Shown here: piece by piece, positions 27,816-37,509 of the stretch
How positions within the stretch are numbered: the first letter of the stretch is position 1
Layout of the letters: each line of letters begins with the position of its first letter
Assembly (NCBI GenBank): GCA_930987745.1
Contig: CAKNKX010000006.1
Span: 799-64,798, forward strand
Length of the DNA stretch: 64,000 nt
Source of the DNA: an uncultured Clostridium sp.
GTDB lineage: Bacteria > Bacillota > Clostridia > TANB77 > CAG-508
Direction of reading: 5' to 3'
Made by a program: the position numbers and the translations under genes
Notes under the pieces: model-generated
Told to the model about the DNA's origin: nothing
The model's database searches: none
The model's input: only the letters and a program-made list of their open reading frames with translations

Positions 27816-28337
27816 TTATATTGTTGATAGTATAAATGCAATGAAATTTGCAATGAATGCTACAATCATACACCAAGCACACAATAATAGAGTTCTATTA
27901 TTTTTTTGTTTATATTTATAAAAATAAACAACTGCTGAAAATCCAAATAATAAAGTTGTATAACCAGAACATTCTATATTTTTAATAAGAGAATATATAA
28001 TAATAATTGCAATTGTTACTAATATAAATATAGTTCCAATAGTAACACTTTTATAGTGATTAAACTCAGATAATTTTATAATATTTTCTTCTGATTTTTC
28101 TTTTATCTTATCTTCTGGTATTTTTTCTCCTGCTAAAATATCATTTACACTAACACCCAGTATTTCACTTAATGGCTTTAAAAGCGACATATCCATTAAG
28201 CAGATTCCTCTTTCCCATTTGCTAACTGCATTTTTGCTTATATTTAATTTTTCTGCTAATTGCTCTTGAGTTAGTTTTTTATCCTTACGGCAATTTGCAA
28301 TAAATTGACCTATTTTTATTTTATCCATACTTACCAC
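27816..28337 (-). CDS. XRE-family HTH regulator with C-terminal transmembrane segments
   Basis: 173 aa with HTH KLTQEQLAEKLNISKNAVSKWERG and about three C-terminal TM helices. Confidence 0.8.
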   Translation of the reverse strand: MVSMDKIKIGQFIANCRKDKKLTQEQLAEKLNISKNAVSKWERGICLMDMSLLKPLSEILGVSVNDILAGEKIPEDKIKEKSEENIIKLSEFNHYKSVTIGTIFILVTIAIIIIYSLIKNIECSGYTTLLFGFSAVVYFYKYKQKNNRTLLLCAWCMIVAFIANFIAFILSTI

Positions 28338-28496
28338 CTCTTTATTAACAATTTAGCATAAAAATTCTTTCTTTTCCACATACCATAGGTTTATTTTTGA
28401 AAAAACATACCTATGGTTTACTTACAAATTACTATTTTATATTATAATTATTTTTCTTTATTCCAATTTATTATTTTCATTTTTATCCAATCACAC

Positions 28497-29843
28497 TCAT
28501 TTGATATTATTAATATTTTCAAATAAATCTTCTTCTGTAATTATTTGAATTAAGCTTCCTTTTTCTTGTAGTTCTTGTGCTTTAGCAATCTTTCCACCAA
28601 TATTACCATATTTCCAAGCATCACTTCCAAGACCACCAACAAATAAATAATCTAATTTAGTAGATACACCACTTTTTTCTATTGCACCCAGATTTTCTAA
28701 TTTTTGTTTTATCTCTGATTTGGTTCCATTTTTAAAATCTCCTGTTAAACAAAATGTTTTTCCATTTAGTTTGATACTTTTATTATTACTACATATTGGA
28801 TTTAATATTTCATTAAAGCTCAATGCTAAATCTTCTTTTTCATTTTCAGTTAATATTCCATCTTCCAAAACTTTATTAACAATTAATAATACCTTATCAT
28901 ATGGATAAACACCACTTAAATAATCATTTTTAATAAGCCATATTTTTAAATTTTCTATTTCTTCAATTACAATTTTTTTATCACAAGCAATACCTTCAAG
29001 TATTCCTTGTAAAATTTGTAAGTTTAATGTTGTTTCATTATACATATTCGAAGATTGTATGCTGTTTACTAGACCTAACAGTTCAATCTTCTCATATTTT
29101 GTTATAATTCCATCTTCTAAAATAGAACTTAGTTCAGTTAATATTTTATTAAATAATGAATATTGTTTGTAAATTACATTTTCATCTAGCCATTTATTCA
29201 ATAGGTTAATCTCATATTGATTGATTATTCCATCATAATTAATTCCTTTAATGATGCCATATAATGAATTAATATTAGAAGATAATTTAGAATCAATATT
29301 GTCTTTAACTGTAAATTCATATTCATATTGCTTCGCTTGTAAATTATCAATATTGTAATGTTCACTTAAGTATCTAAAAAGATAATAAGTAGTAACTGCA
29401 TCTTCCAAAGCATTATGAGGATTATAATTAACATTTAAAAATTGAGCTATTGATGTTAGTTTGTATGAATCTAAATTTAAAAATTTCCTACTTAATTCTA
29501 AAGTACAACAATAATTAAATAAAGGCACATCAATATTATATCTACTTAATGATTTTTCTAATACACTTAGATCATACAATACATTATGTCCAACAATGAT
29601 ATTATTCTCAAGTAGTTCTTTAATCTCATACCAATAATCTTTTAAAGTAGGACTTTGCAATACCATATTAGATGTTATACCTGTAATTTCAGAATTTTTA
29701 ATATCAAATCTATCTTCAGGATTTATTAATGAATATTTTTTATCAATTATTTCATTATCTTTTACAACTATGATTGCAATAGAGCAAATAGAATTTCCTC
29801 TCGCATTTGGATTTTCTAAATCCATAATTACATAATTTTTCAT
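28497..29843 (-). CDS. DnaQ-like DEDDh 3'-5' exonuclease, four internal repeats, and a C-terminal BRCT domain
   Basis: 448 aa. Exo I is VIMDLENPN, Exo II is VGHNVLYDLSVL and Exo III is HNALEDAVTT. Four repeats of about 40 aa are of the type (E/Y)DGI(I/L)T..E...L. The C-terminus GKTFCLTGDF...LDYLFVGG...KAQELQEKGSLIQIITEEDL resembles the LigA-type BRCT domain. Confidence 0.8.
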   Translation of the reverse strand: MKNYVIMDLENPNARGNSICSIAIIVVKDNEIIDKKYSLINPEDRFDIKNSEITGITSNMVLQSPTLKDYWYEIKELLENNIIVGHNVLYDLSVLEKSLSRYNIDVPLFNYCCTLELSRKFLNLDSYKLTSIAQFLNVNYNPHNALEDAVTTYYLFRYLSEHYNIDNLQAKQYEYEFTVKDNIDSKLSSNINSLYGIIKGINYDGIINQYEINLLNKWLDENVIYKQYSLFNKILTELSSILEDGIITKYEKIELLGLVNSIQSSNMYNETTLNLQILQGILEGIACDKKIVIEEIENLKIWLIKNDYLSGVYPYDKVLLIVNKVLEDGILTENEKEDLALSFNEILNPICSNNKSIKLNGKTFCLTGDFKNGTKSEIKQKLENLGAIEKSGVSTKLDYLFVGGLGSDAWKYGNIGGKIAKAQELQEKGSLIQIITEEDLFENINNIK

Positions 29844-29857
29844 AAAATCAACTCTTT

Positions 29858-30373
29858 CTAAATATTTTTATTCTTACCATAGAATATTTTTCCTGATTCA
29901 AGATTTCCTTTATATTGGCATCCTTTTGCAAATTTTTTATCTGGATTAGTACATTTCAAGGAATCTGAGCATTCGATATATCTAGAGCAACAGCCAAAAT
30001 TATCAGTTGGTTCGTTTGAATACAAATATTTATATATTTCTTTTATCTCTGTATCCAATTTATTTATATCTTCAATACTATCTAAATATATCTTAGCATA
30101 TAACTCATTTTCTTTATATTTAACATTTTCAAATTCTTTTGATAGTTTATCTAGATTGACACAATCTAATTTTCTAATTTCGACAAACATTTTTGCTTTC
30201 TGAAATGTAATTTTTAGCAGAATATTCTTGAATACCATAAAAGAAACTGAACTATTTTTATTAACATTGACTGTTATTTTTTCTCTTTCATCTTGTGATA
30301 TAATTTCTACACTTATATTACTTACTATATTATTTAATATTTCTAAAATTTTATTTTCCATGTTTTCCTCCAT
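29858..30373 (-). CDS. Hypothetical protein with a Cys-rich C-terminus
   Basis: 171 aa. The C-terminal motif is FGCCSRYIECSDSLKCTNPDKKFAKGCQYKGNLESGKIFYG. Its stop lies 14 nt upstream of the exonuclease-BRCT start, so the two are probably an operon. Confidence 0.6.
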   Translation of the reverse strand: MEENMENKILEILNNIVSNISVEIISQDEREKITVNVNKNSSVSFMVFKNILLKITFQKAKMFVEIRKLDCVNLDKLSKEFENVKYKENELYAKIYLDSIEDINKLDTEIKEIYKYLYSNEPTDNFGCCSRYIECSDSLKCTNPDKKFAKGCQYKGNLESGKIFYGKNKNI

Positions 30374-30747
30374 ACTTTATTATATAAAATACTATTTTTG
30401 GGGTAATTATAACACAAAAATCAAATAATTTCCAACTAATCATTTGGCGTATTTTCACATTATATAATTGTTTTTATCAAATTTGTCAAACATATCATTT
30501 ATTTAAAATAACTTTTTTAGTTCATTTTCTAAAATTCTCATATAGAAATCTCCTATATAAATTACTTTTTTACTATCATATCACAAAAATAAAAATCACT
30601 CTATTATATCTTTATTACTTCTTTTAGGCAGACTTGCCCATCTCTATTTTTCCATGACAATTTTCTTAATTTTGTCATAAAAGTATTGTAAATATAAATA
30701 AGGAATAATATAATACTTGAGAATTGAGATTAAAAGGAGGATTAAAA

Positions 30748-31639
30748 ATGGGATTAAAACTAGAAAATGTATCTAAGACATTCGCCAACAAACAAGCAGT
30801 TGACAACATTTCTTTTGAAGTTGATAAACCTGGTGTTTTTGGTTTACTTCGGAACAAATGGTGCTGGTAAAACCACTACTATTAGAATGCTTCTTGGAAT
30901 TATCAAAAAAGATACAGGTAATATAACTTGGAATGGAAAAAGAGTTGAAAGAAAAAGCGTAAACTTTGGATATCTTCCGGAGGAAAGAGGAGTATATCCT
31001 AAAACTAAGATATATGACCAATTAATGTATTTTGCTAAACTAAAAGGCATGAGTAAATCTGAGGCCGATAAGGCAATTAATAAATGGGCAAAGGTTTTAA
31101 AAGTTGAGGAATATATACCAATGCCAGCTGAAAAGTTATCTAAAGGAAATCAACAAAAAATTCAATTTATGACTGCAATTATTCATAATCCCGAATTAAT
31201 TGTATTAGACGAACCTTTTAGCGGTCTAGATCCAGTAAATACCGAAATATTAAAAAATATAATTATTGATCTAGTTAAAGAAGGGAAATATATTATAATG
31301 TCAAGTCATCAAATGGCTTCGATTGAAGAGTTTTGTACTGATATTTTAATATTAAACAAAGGAAAAACTGTTTTACAAGGTAATTTAAAAGAAATTAAAG
31401 AAACATATAAAGCAAATAGATTAGAATTATCTACAAATAAAAATATTGATGAATATATTAAAGAATTTAATATGGGTATAGAGTTTTCTAAAAATAACGA
31501 ATATTCTATTAAAATAGATTCTGAGGAAAAAGCTCACCAACTATTACATAAATTGGTTTCTGACGATATAGAAGTAGACAAATTTGAAATAAAGAAACCA
31601 ACATTAAATGACATATTTATAGAAAAGGTAGGTGAGTAA
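30748..31639 (+). CDS. NatA-like ABC transporter ATP-binding protein, interrupted by a +1 frame break at CTT-CGG-A inside the Walker A loop
   Basis: The ATG at 30748 with a GGAGG RBS gives MGLKLENVSKTFANKQAVDNISFEVDKPGVFGLL, then CGG (30850-30852) and a stop 6 codons later. Skipping C30850 gives GTNGAGKTTTIRMLLG... in the frame of track ORF 30767-31639. That frame carries LSKGNQQK (signature motif) and LIVLDEPFSGLD (Walker B). Confidence 0.85.
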
Positions 31640-31641
31640 TA

Positions 31642-32886
31642 ATGAAAGATTTATTAACAGTAATGTCTTTTACAATAAAAGATATGATAAAAAGAAAGTC
31701 TTTTATTGTTTCTACAATTATAATTTTAGTATTGATAGTTGTAGGTTTTAATATACCAAATATTATAAATGCTATTACAGGTGGTGATACAACTTCTTCT
31801 GAAGATAAAATATTAATTATAGACTCATCAAATGTTTTTGAAGGTACTTTAGAGAGTCTAAATCAAATGGAATTAGGTTATGAATTTCAAATAACAAATG
31901 ATAATGTTTCTTTTGACGATATAAAAGGAAAAATAGAAAATAAAGATATAGATGAAGCAATTATTATTGAACCTAAAAGTGATGGTACATATAAGCTAAG
32001 ATATATTGTAGAAAATTTAACTCAAGTATCTAGTATGCCAGAAGATTTAATTAATGCTTTAACTTCTGTATATACAAATTTACAAATTTCTAAATTAGGT
32101 TTAACTACAGAACAAATTGCAAGTTTATCTCCTTCTTTTGAATTTAGTTTAGAACAAACAGAGGAACAAGAAGTAAGTGGTAATGTATTTGTTATTATGC
32201 TTTTATCAATAGTTCTATTTTATGCTATTTACTTCTGTGCATATCAAGTATCAAGTTCTATTACAACAGAAAAGACATCAAAAATAATGGAAACATTAGT
32301 TACATCAACATCACCTAGAACAATAGTACTTGGAAAAACAATAGGAATTGGTATTGTAGGGTTAATACAAGTAAGTGTAATGGTTGCAGTAGCACTAGTT
32401 TCTGCCAAATTGTTCTTAGACCCAGAACTATTAAATGCAGTTTTAGATATGTCTAAATTTACACCATTTTTAGCTGTAATTACTATAATTTACTTTATTT
32501 TAGGATATTTTGCATATGCTCTTTTATATGCTTTAACAGGTTCTACAGTAAGTAAACCAGAAGATATACAATCAGCAAATACACCTGTTGCGATACTTGC
32601 AGTAATTGGATTCTACTTAGCATATTTCACTATGATGAATCCAACAAGTGAGTTAAATCAGTTTGCAGCAATTTTCCCACTATCATCACCATTTTGTATG
32701 CCATTTAGAATTATGATGGGAATTGCATCAACATCTGAAGTATTAATATCTATTGCTGTATTACTAGTAACAATATTAATCATTGCACAAGTTGCAATAA
32801 AGATTTATTCAAATGCTATATTAAATTATGGAACAAAAATGAGTTTTAAAGATATTGTAAAATTATATAAAGATAAAAATAATTAA
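31642..32886 (+). CDS. NatB-like ABC-2 type transporter permease
   Basis: 414 aa with an N-terminal TM helix, a large extracytoplasmic loop, then 5 TM helices. It starts 3 nt after the ATPase gene. Confidence 0.8.
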   Translation: MKDLLTVMSFTIKDMIKRKSFIVSTIIILVLIVVGFNIPNIINAITGGDTTSSEDKILIIDSSNVFEGTLESLNQMELGYEFQITNDNVSFDDIKGKIENKDIDEAIIIEPKSDGTYKLRYIVENLTQVSSMPEDLINALTSVYTNLQISKLGLTTEQIASLSPSFEFSLEQTEEQEVSGNVFVIMLLSIVLFYAIYFCAYQVSSSITTEKTSKIMETLVTSTSPRTIVLGKTIGIGIVGLIQVSVMVAVALVSAKLFLDPELLNAVLDMSKFTPFLAVITIIYFILGYFAYALLYALTGSTVSKPEDIQSANTPVAILAVIGFYLAYFTMMNPTSELNQFAAIFPLSSPFCMPFRIMMGIASTSEVLISIAVLLVTILIIAQVAIKIYSNAILNYGTKMSFKDIVKLYKDKNN

Positions 32887-32897
32887 ATCCAAACCAT

Positions 32898-32935
32898 AAA
32901 AGATGTGTCGTTAGTTGACACATCTTTTATAAACT
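32898..32935 (+). terminator. Rho-independent terminator after the natAB-like operon
   Basis: AAAAGATGTGTC (32898-32909) pairs perfectly with GACACATCTTTT (32917-32928) and is followed by a T-rich stretch. Confidence 0.8.
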
Positions 32936-33039
32936 TTTTATGTTTTTCATATACATTTTAGCTGTATTAATGATATATAAGTAATATATTTATATTTTTT
33001 TAGTATAATGTCTTCGTACTAAGGAAAAGGGGTGTTAAT

Positions 33040-33201
33040 GTGAAAAATCTAATAAATCAAGACCTAAAGAAATGCGGTACTGTTACTGTTTCTGTATATA
33101 AAAAATCTATCAATAATGATATAATTTTTGACATAAAAACAGATAATGATAGTGTTTTACCTGTTTCTTATGTTATTGAAGATACTTTAAAATTATACTA
33201 G
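33040..33201 (+). CDS. Possible small ORF (53 aa, GTG start)
   Basis: VKNLINQDLKKCGTVTVSVYKKSINNDIIF... is preceded by AAGGAAAAGGGG and followed by the hairpin CTAGAAT...ATTCTAG plus a T-run. It is too short for the ORF track and has no family support. Confidence 0.3.
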   Translation: MKNLINQDLKKCGTVTVSVYKKSINNDIIFDIKTDNDSVLPVSYVIEDTLKLY

Positions 33202-33244
33202 AATTGACTTTGTTCATTCTAGTTTTTATTTTGTATTTTACCTT

Positions 33245-34177
33245 CTATCTTAGAAAACCTTTAATTATTTCTTGTTCCGCTTCTTCCTCAGATAATCCTA
33301 AAGTTCTTAATTTTATTATTTGTTCACCAGCAATTTTTCCAATTGCCGCTTCATGTATTAAATTTGCATCAACATCATTTGCAACAACTTCTGGAACAGC
33401 TGTAACTTTTGCACTATCTTTAATAATTGCATCACATTCACTGTGTGAAAAACATTTAGAATTTCCATATATTTTTGATAAAAAGTATTGTTCAGAATTA
33501 TCAACTGCAACAGACCTTGATGTAACATGTGCACTTGAATTTTCCCCATTTAATTCTACATCAAAAATTGTTTTTGCATATTGATCTCCATGTGTCATTA
33601 TTTTTTCTGTAACCACAAAATTAGTATCTTTTTCAAGTACTCCTTTTGTTTCTCTAATAGTTGAATCTACACCTTTTATTTGGTAGCTTTCCATATCAAT
33701 ACTACTACCTTCTTTTAAATATACTTCTGTTACAGGATTTAATATTCTCTTTCCTTTGCCATCACCTTCTCCATAATGTTTTTCAATATATTTTACTTTT
33801 GCCCCTTCTTCTAAGTAAAATCTATGTATCCCATCATGTTCTGAGTCTTTGTGGTGGTCATTATGTATTCCACAGCCTGCAATTATTACTACATTTGCAT
33901 TTTTTCCTATATGAAAATCGTTATATACCACATCTTTTAGCCCACTTTGTGTAATAATTACTGGTATATGAATAAATTCAAATTTTGTATTTTCTTTAAC
34001 ATATATATCTATTCCTGAATTATTTTCCTTTGTTACTATATTAACATTTTCAGTAACTTGTCTTTCTACACCTTTCCCATTTTTTCTTATATTAAAAGCA
34101 CCTTTTTTTATATTTTCTAAATCTGATACTTCATTTAATAATTCTTCATCAATTTTATTTAAAACTTTATCTTCCAT
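33245..34177 (-). CDS. SufB/SufD-family Fe-S cluster assembly protein
   Basis: 310 aa with a beta-helix-type repetitive core and the C-terminal motif ANLIHEAAIGKIAGEQIIKLRTLGLSEEEAEQEIIKGFL, typical of SufB/D. It is adjacent to the SufC-like ATPase. Confidence 0.8.
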   Translation of the reverse strand: MEDKVLNKIDEELLNEVSDLENIKKGAFNIRKNGKGVERQVTENVNIVTKENNSGIDIYVKENTKFEFIHIPVIITQSGLKDVVYNDFHIGKNANVVIIAGCGIHNDHHKDSEHDGIHRFYLEEGAKVKYIEKHYGEGDGKGKRILNPVTEVYLKEGSSIDMESYQIKGVDSTIRETKGVLEKDTNFVVTEKIMTHGDQYAKTIFDVELNGENSSAHVTSRSVAVDNSEQYFLSKIYGNSKCFSHSECDAIIKDSAKVTAVPEVVANDVDANLIHEAAIGKIAGEQIIKLRTLGLSEEEAEQEIIKGFLR

Positions 34178-34894
34178 TTATTTATTACACCTTCTTTCTT
34201 TGCAACATTTTTTATTTGCTTCTATTGTACTTTCTAATATTTTTTTACTATCCTCATCTTTTTCAACTTTTCCATTTTTTAATAAAATTATCTCATCTGC
34301 AATATTTAAAATTCTTTCTTGATGAGAAATAATTAGAGTTGTTCCTTTTATCACTTCTCTCATTGTTTCAAATACTTCTATTAAATTTCCAAAGCTCCAA
34401 AGGTCTATTCCAGCTTCTGGCTCATCAAAAATACTTAAAGTTGTTCCTCTTACTGCAACTGTTGCAATTTCTATTCTTTTTAGCTCTCCTCCTGATAATG
34501 AACCATTTACTTCTCTATCTACATATTCTTTAGCACATAAACCAACTTTAGATAAAATATCACATGCTTCTTTTTTCTTTATATCTTTTTTGGCTGCTAA
34601 TTTTAATAAATCATAAACTGTTAACCCTTTAAATTTGACTGGTTGTTGAAAAGCAAAACTTATTCCCATATTTGCTCTTTCATCAATACTTAAGTTAGTT
34701 ATATCTTTTCCATTTAAGATTATTTTTCCTGAATCAGGTTTTTCAATTCCCATTATTATTTTAGCAAGTGTTGATTTTCCGGAACCATTTGGCCCTGTCA
34801 TTACTATAAATTTATTTGTATCTAATTTAAGATTTATATTATCTAATATTTTTCTTCCTTCTCTTTCAAATGATATATTTTGTAATTCTAACAT
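34178..34894 (-). CDS. sufC: SufC-like Fe-S cluster assembly ABC ATPase
   Basis: 238 aa with GPNGSGKST (Walker A), LSGGELKR (signature) and LSIFDEPEAGID (Walker B). Confidence 0.8.
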   Translation of the reverse strand: MLELQNISFEREGRKILDNINLKLDTNKFIVMTGPNGSGKSTLAKIIMGIEKPDSGKIILNGKDITNLSIDERANMGISFAFQQPVKFKGLTVYDLLKLAAKKDIKKKEACDILSKVGLCAKEYVDREVNGSLSGGELKRIEIATVAVRGTTLSIFDEPEAGIDLWSFGNLIEVFETMREVIKGTTLIISHQERILNIADEIILLKNGKVEKDEDSKKILESTIEANKKCCKERRCNK

Positions 34895-34895
34895 T

Positions 34896-35372
34896 TTACT
34901 CCTCCTTGTTTTTCTTTTTAAATCTATTTTTAGCTGTAATCTTTACACAAGCTCTACATTTTTCGCTATCAGAATTATATCCACAATCTAAGTCACCTAA
35001 ATCCAATATTTTGCTTATATATTGATCCAATTTTTTAGTAGTTTCTTCAGACATAGCATATTTCATTGCTTTTGCTTCTTTTTCTGCCTGCTCTTCATCT
35101 ATTTCTAAAACTTCTGTTAAAAACATATTTAAAATATCATATCTTTTTAAAATTTCTTTTGCTGTTTCTTCGCCTTTTTTTGTTAGTTCAATATTTTTAT
35201 ATGCTTCATAATTTAGTAGCCCAAGTTCTTTTAAGGCATTTACCCCTTTATTTACACTTGGTTTTTTAAATGCAAGTTTATTTGCAATATCTGTTACTCT
35301 TACTTTTTTATTATTTTTACTTAATATATATATTGTTTTTAAATACTCTTCTTGTGACTCTGTTAGTTTCAT
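34896..35372 (-). CDS. DtxR/MntR-family metal-dependent transcriptional repressor
   Basis: 158 aa. The N-terminal SQEEYLKTIYIL...VRVTDIANKL...PSVNKGVNALKELGLL winged helix is typical of DtxR-family proteins. It is the first gene of the suf-like operon. Confidence 0.8.
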   Translation of the reverse strand: MKLTESQEEYLKTIYILSKNNKKVRVTDIANKLAFKKPSVNKGVNALKELGLLNYEAYKNIELTKKGEETAKEILKRYDILNMFLTEVLEIDEEQAEKEAKAMKYAMSEETTKKLDQYISKILDLGDLDCGYNSDSEKCRACVKITAKNRFKKKNKEE

Positions 35373-35440
35373 GTTTTCCTCCTTTTTGTTAGCTTACGCT
35401 AACATTATACAGAGTAACCCATTGTTTGTCAAGCTTTTTG

Positions 35441-36100
35441 TTATTTTATATCTACTAAATCTTTTATTTCCTCATATTTTGCATCTCCTATTCCTTTTAC
35501 TTCTTTTAACTCTTCTATATTTTTAAAACTTCCATGTTCTTCTCTATATTGAATTATTTTCTGTGCAGTTGATTCTCCAATTCCTGGCAAAGTATCTAAT
35601 TCTTCTTTAGTTGCTTTATTTATATTTATTTTTTCTTTTTCATTTTCCACGTTAGAATTTGTTCCACTTCCCCCTAAAGTTGTTTCTTTATTATTAATAT
35701 TTTCCTCTAAATCATTTTCTAATACATCTTCTCCTTGTTTTGGTATATATATTTTCATTCCATCTTCTAACTTTGATGCTAAATTTACATTTTTCATGTT
35801 AGCTATATCTGATACTCCTCCTGCTTTTTCTATTGCATCTGCTATTCTCGCATCTTCTTCTAATTCATAAACCCCCTCATTTTTAACTGCACCAGATACA
35901 TGTACTTTAATTGTAACTATTTTTTCACTATTTGCTTCATCTACGTTAGTTTCATTTGTTTCATTTTCTACTTCTAGCTCATTTTCTTGTGATATTTCCA
36001 TATTTTTTTCGTTTGTATATGAATAATATGTAATTCCAATTACTGCTACTATCCCTAAAAATATTAATATTATTTTTTGTTTTTTTGATATTTGTTTCAA
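35441..36100 (-). CDS. comEA: ComEA-like competence protein (membrane anchor, SLBB and tandem helix-hairpin-helix)
   Basis: 219 aa. The C-terminus is INKATKEELDTLPGIGESTAQKIIQYREEHGSFKNIEELKEVKGIGDAKYEEIKD. Confidence 0.85.
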   Translation of the reverse strand: MKQISKKQKIILIFLGIVAVIGITYYSYTNEKNMEISQENELEVENETNETNVDEANSEKIVTIKVHVSGAVKNEGVYELEEDARIADAIEKAGGVSDIANMKNVNLASKLEDGMKIYIPKQGEDVLENDLEENINNKETTLGGSGTNSNVENEKEKININKATKEELDTLPGIGESTAQKIIQYREEHGSFKNIEELKEVKGIGDAKYEEIKDLVDIK

Positions 36101-36204
36101 TAAAATTACCTCCTTAATTTGGTTATTAAGCTTTTATTAATTAATTATTTTTTATTTACATTTTTTTAAAAATACGGTATATTATTTAGATAGGAGAAGA
36201 TGAT

Positions 36205-37425
36205 ATGAAGAAAATTAAATTTTTAACAATAAATATACTAATTATTTTAATAATATTTACAATATTCCCTATTTCAAATGTTTTTGCAAGTGATAGTGAG
36301 CCTAGTATAAATGCTACTTCAGCAATTTTAATTGATAATAGGACAAATAAAGTATTATATGGAAAAAATGAGAATGAAAAAATGTATCCAGCAAGTACAA
36401 CAAAAATTATGACAGCAATTTTATCTTTAGAAAATACTAATTTAGATGATAAAGTTGTTGCAAGTTATGATGCAGTTATGAATGTTCCTGACGGATATTC
36501 AGTTGCAAATATTCAAGTTGGTGAAGAACTAACTATAGAGCAATTATTGGAAGTATTACTAGTTCATTCTGCAAATGATGCAGCAAATGTTTTAGCAGAA
36601 AATATTGGTGGTTCTATAGATAGTTTTGTTTCAATGATGAATACTAAATGTAATGAATTAGGACTTTTGGGAACTCATTTTACAAATGCATATGGATTAC
36701 ATGACGAAAATCATTATACAACCGCTTCTGATCTAGCAAAACTTATGCAATACTCTTTAAAGAATGAAGATTTCAGAAGATTGGCAGGTCTTGCAACATG
36801 TAGTATTCCTCAAACTAATATGTCTGCCCCAAGATCATATAGTTCGACAAATGAAATGATTATTCCTGGAAATGAATACTATTATCAATATATTACTGCT
36901 GGAAAAACTGGATTTACAACCCCTGCTGGTGAATGTTTGGTTTCATCTGGCTATAAAGATAATTTAGAACTTATTTGTGTTGTTTTAGGATGTTTTGACA
37001 GTTCTTCTAGATTTAATGATGTAAAAAATTTATATGAATATGGTTTTTCAAACTATTCTATTAAAAACATTGTGAATGCATTTGATAGTGTTACTTCTAT
37101 TGAAGTTTCAAATGGCTCAAAAGAAACAAAAAATTTAGATTTATTAGTTGCAGAAACAATACCTGCATTAGTAAAAAATTCTGATAATAATGAAAATATA
37201 GAGCCTGAAATAACATTAAATGATAAAATATCAGCACCTATAGAAGAAGGAGATACACTTGGAAAAGTCACATATACAGTAAATGGAGTTCAATATACAT
37301 CAGATTTAGTTGCTTCTCATTATGTTGAAAAAGTAGATTATTTTATTTATGCTATATATATTGTTGGCGCTATTGTTGTTTTATTATTAATCTATTTAAT
37401 ATTCTTTTCTAAGAATAAAAGATAA
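36205..37425 (+). CDS. D-alanyl-D-alanine carboxypeptidase (S11 / PBP5 type)
   Basis: 406 aa with a signal peptide, SxxK (ASTTK), SxN (HSAND), KTG (GKTGFT) and a C-terminal TM anchor. Confidence 0.9.
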   Translation: MKKIKFLTINILIILIIFTIFPISNVFASDSEPSINATSAILIDNRTNKVLYGKNENEKMYPASTTKIMTAILSLENTNLDDKVVASYDAVMNVPDGYSVANIQVGEELTIEQLLEVLLVHSANDAANVLAENIGGSIDSFVSMMNTKCNELGLLGTHFTNAYGLHDENHYTTASDLAKLMQYSLKNEDFRRLAGLATCSIPQTNMSAPRSYSSTNEMIIPGNEYYYQYITAGKTGFTTPAGECLVSSGYKDNLELICVVLGCFDSSSRFNDVKNLYEYGFSNYSIKNIVNAFDSVTSIEVSNGSKETKNLDLLVAETIPALVKNSDNNENIEPEITLNDKISAPIEEGDTLGKVTYTVNGVQYTSDLVASHYVEKVDYFIYAIYIVGAIVVLLLIYLIFFSKNKR

Positions 37426-37509
37426 TTAAAACTATTTTATACTATTTTTATTAAAAGAAAAAGAGGGTTTTTATAAGCCCCCTTTTTTTATTTATTTATA
37501 TTAATAATT

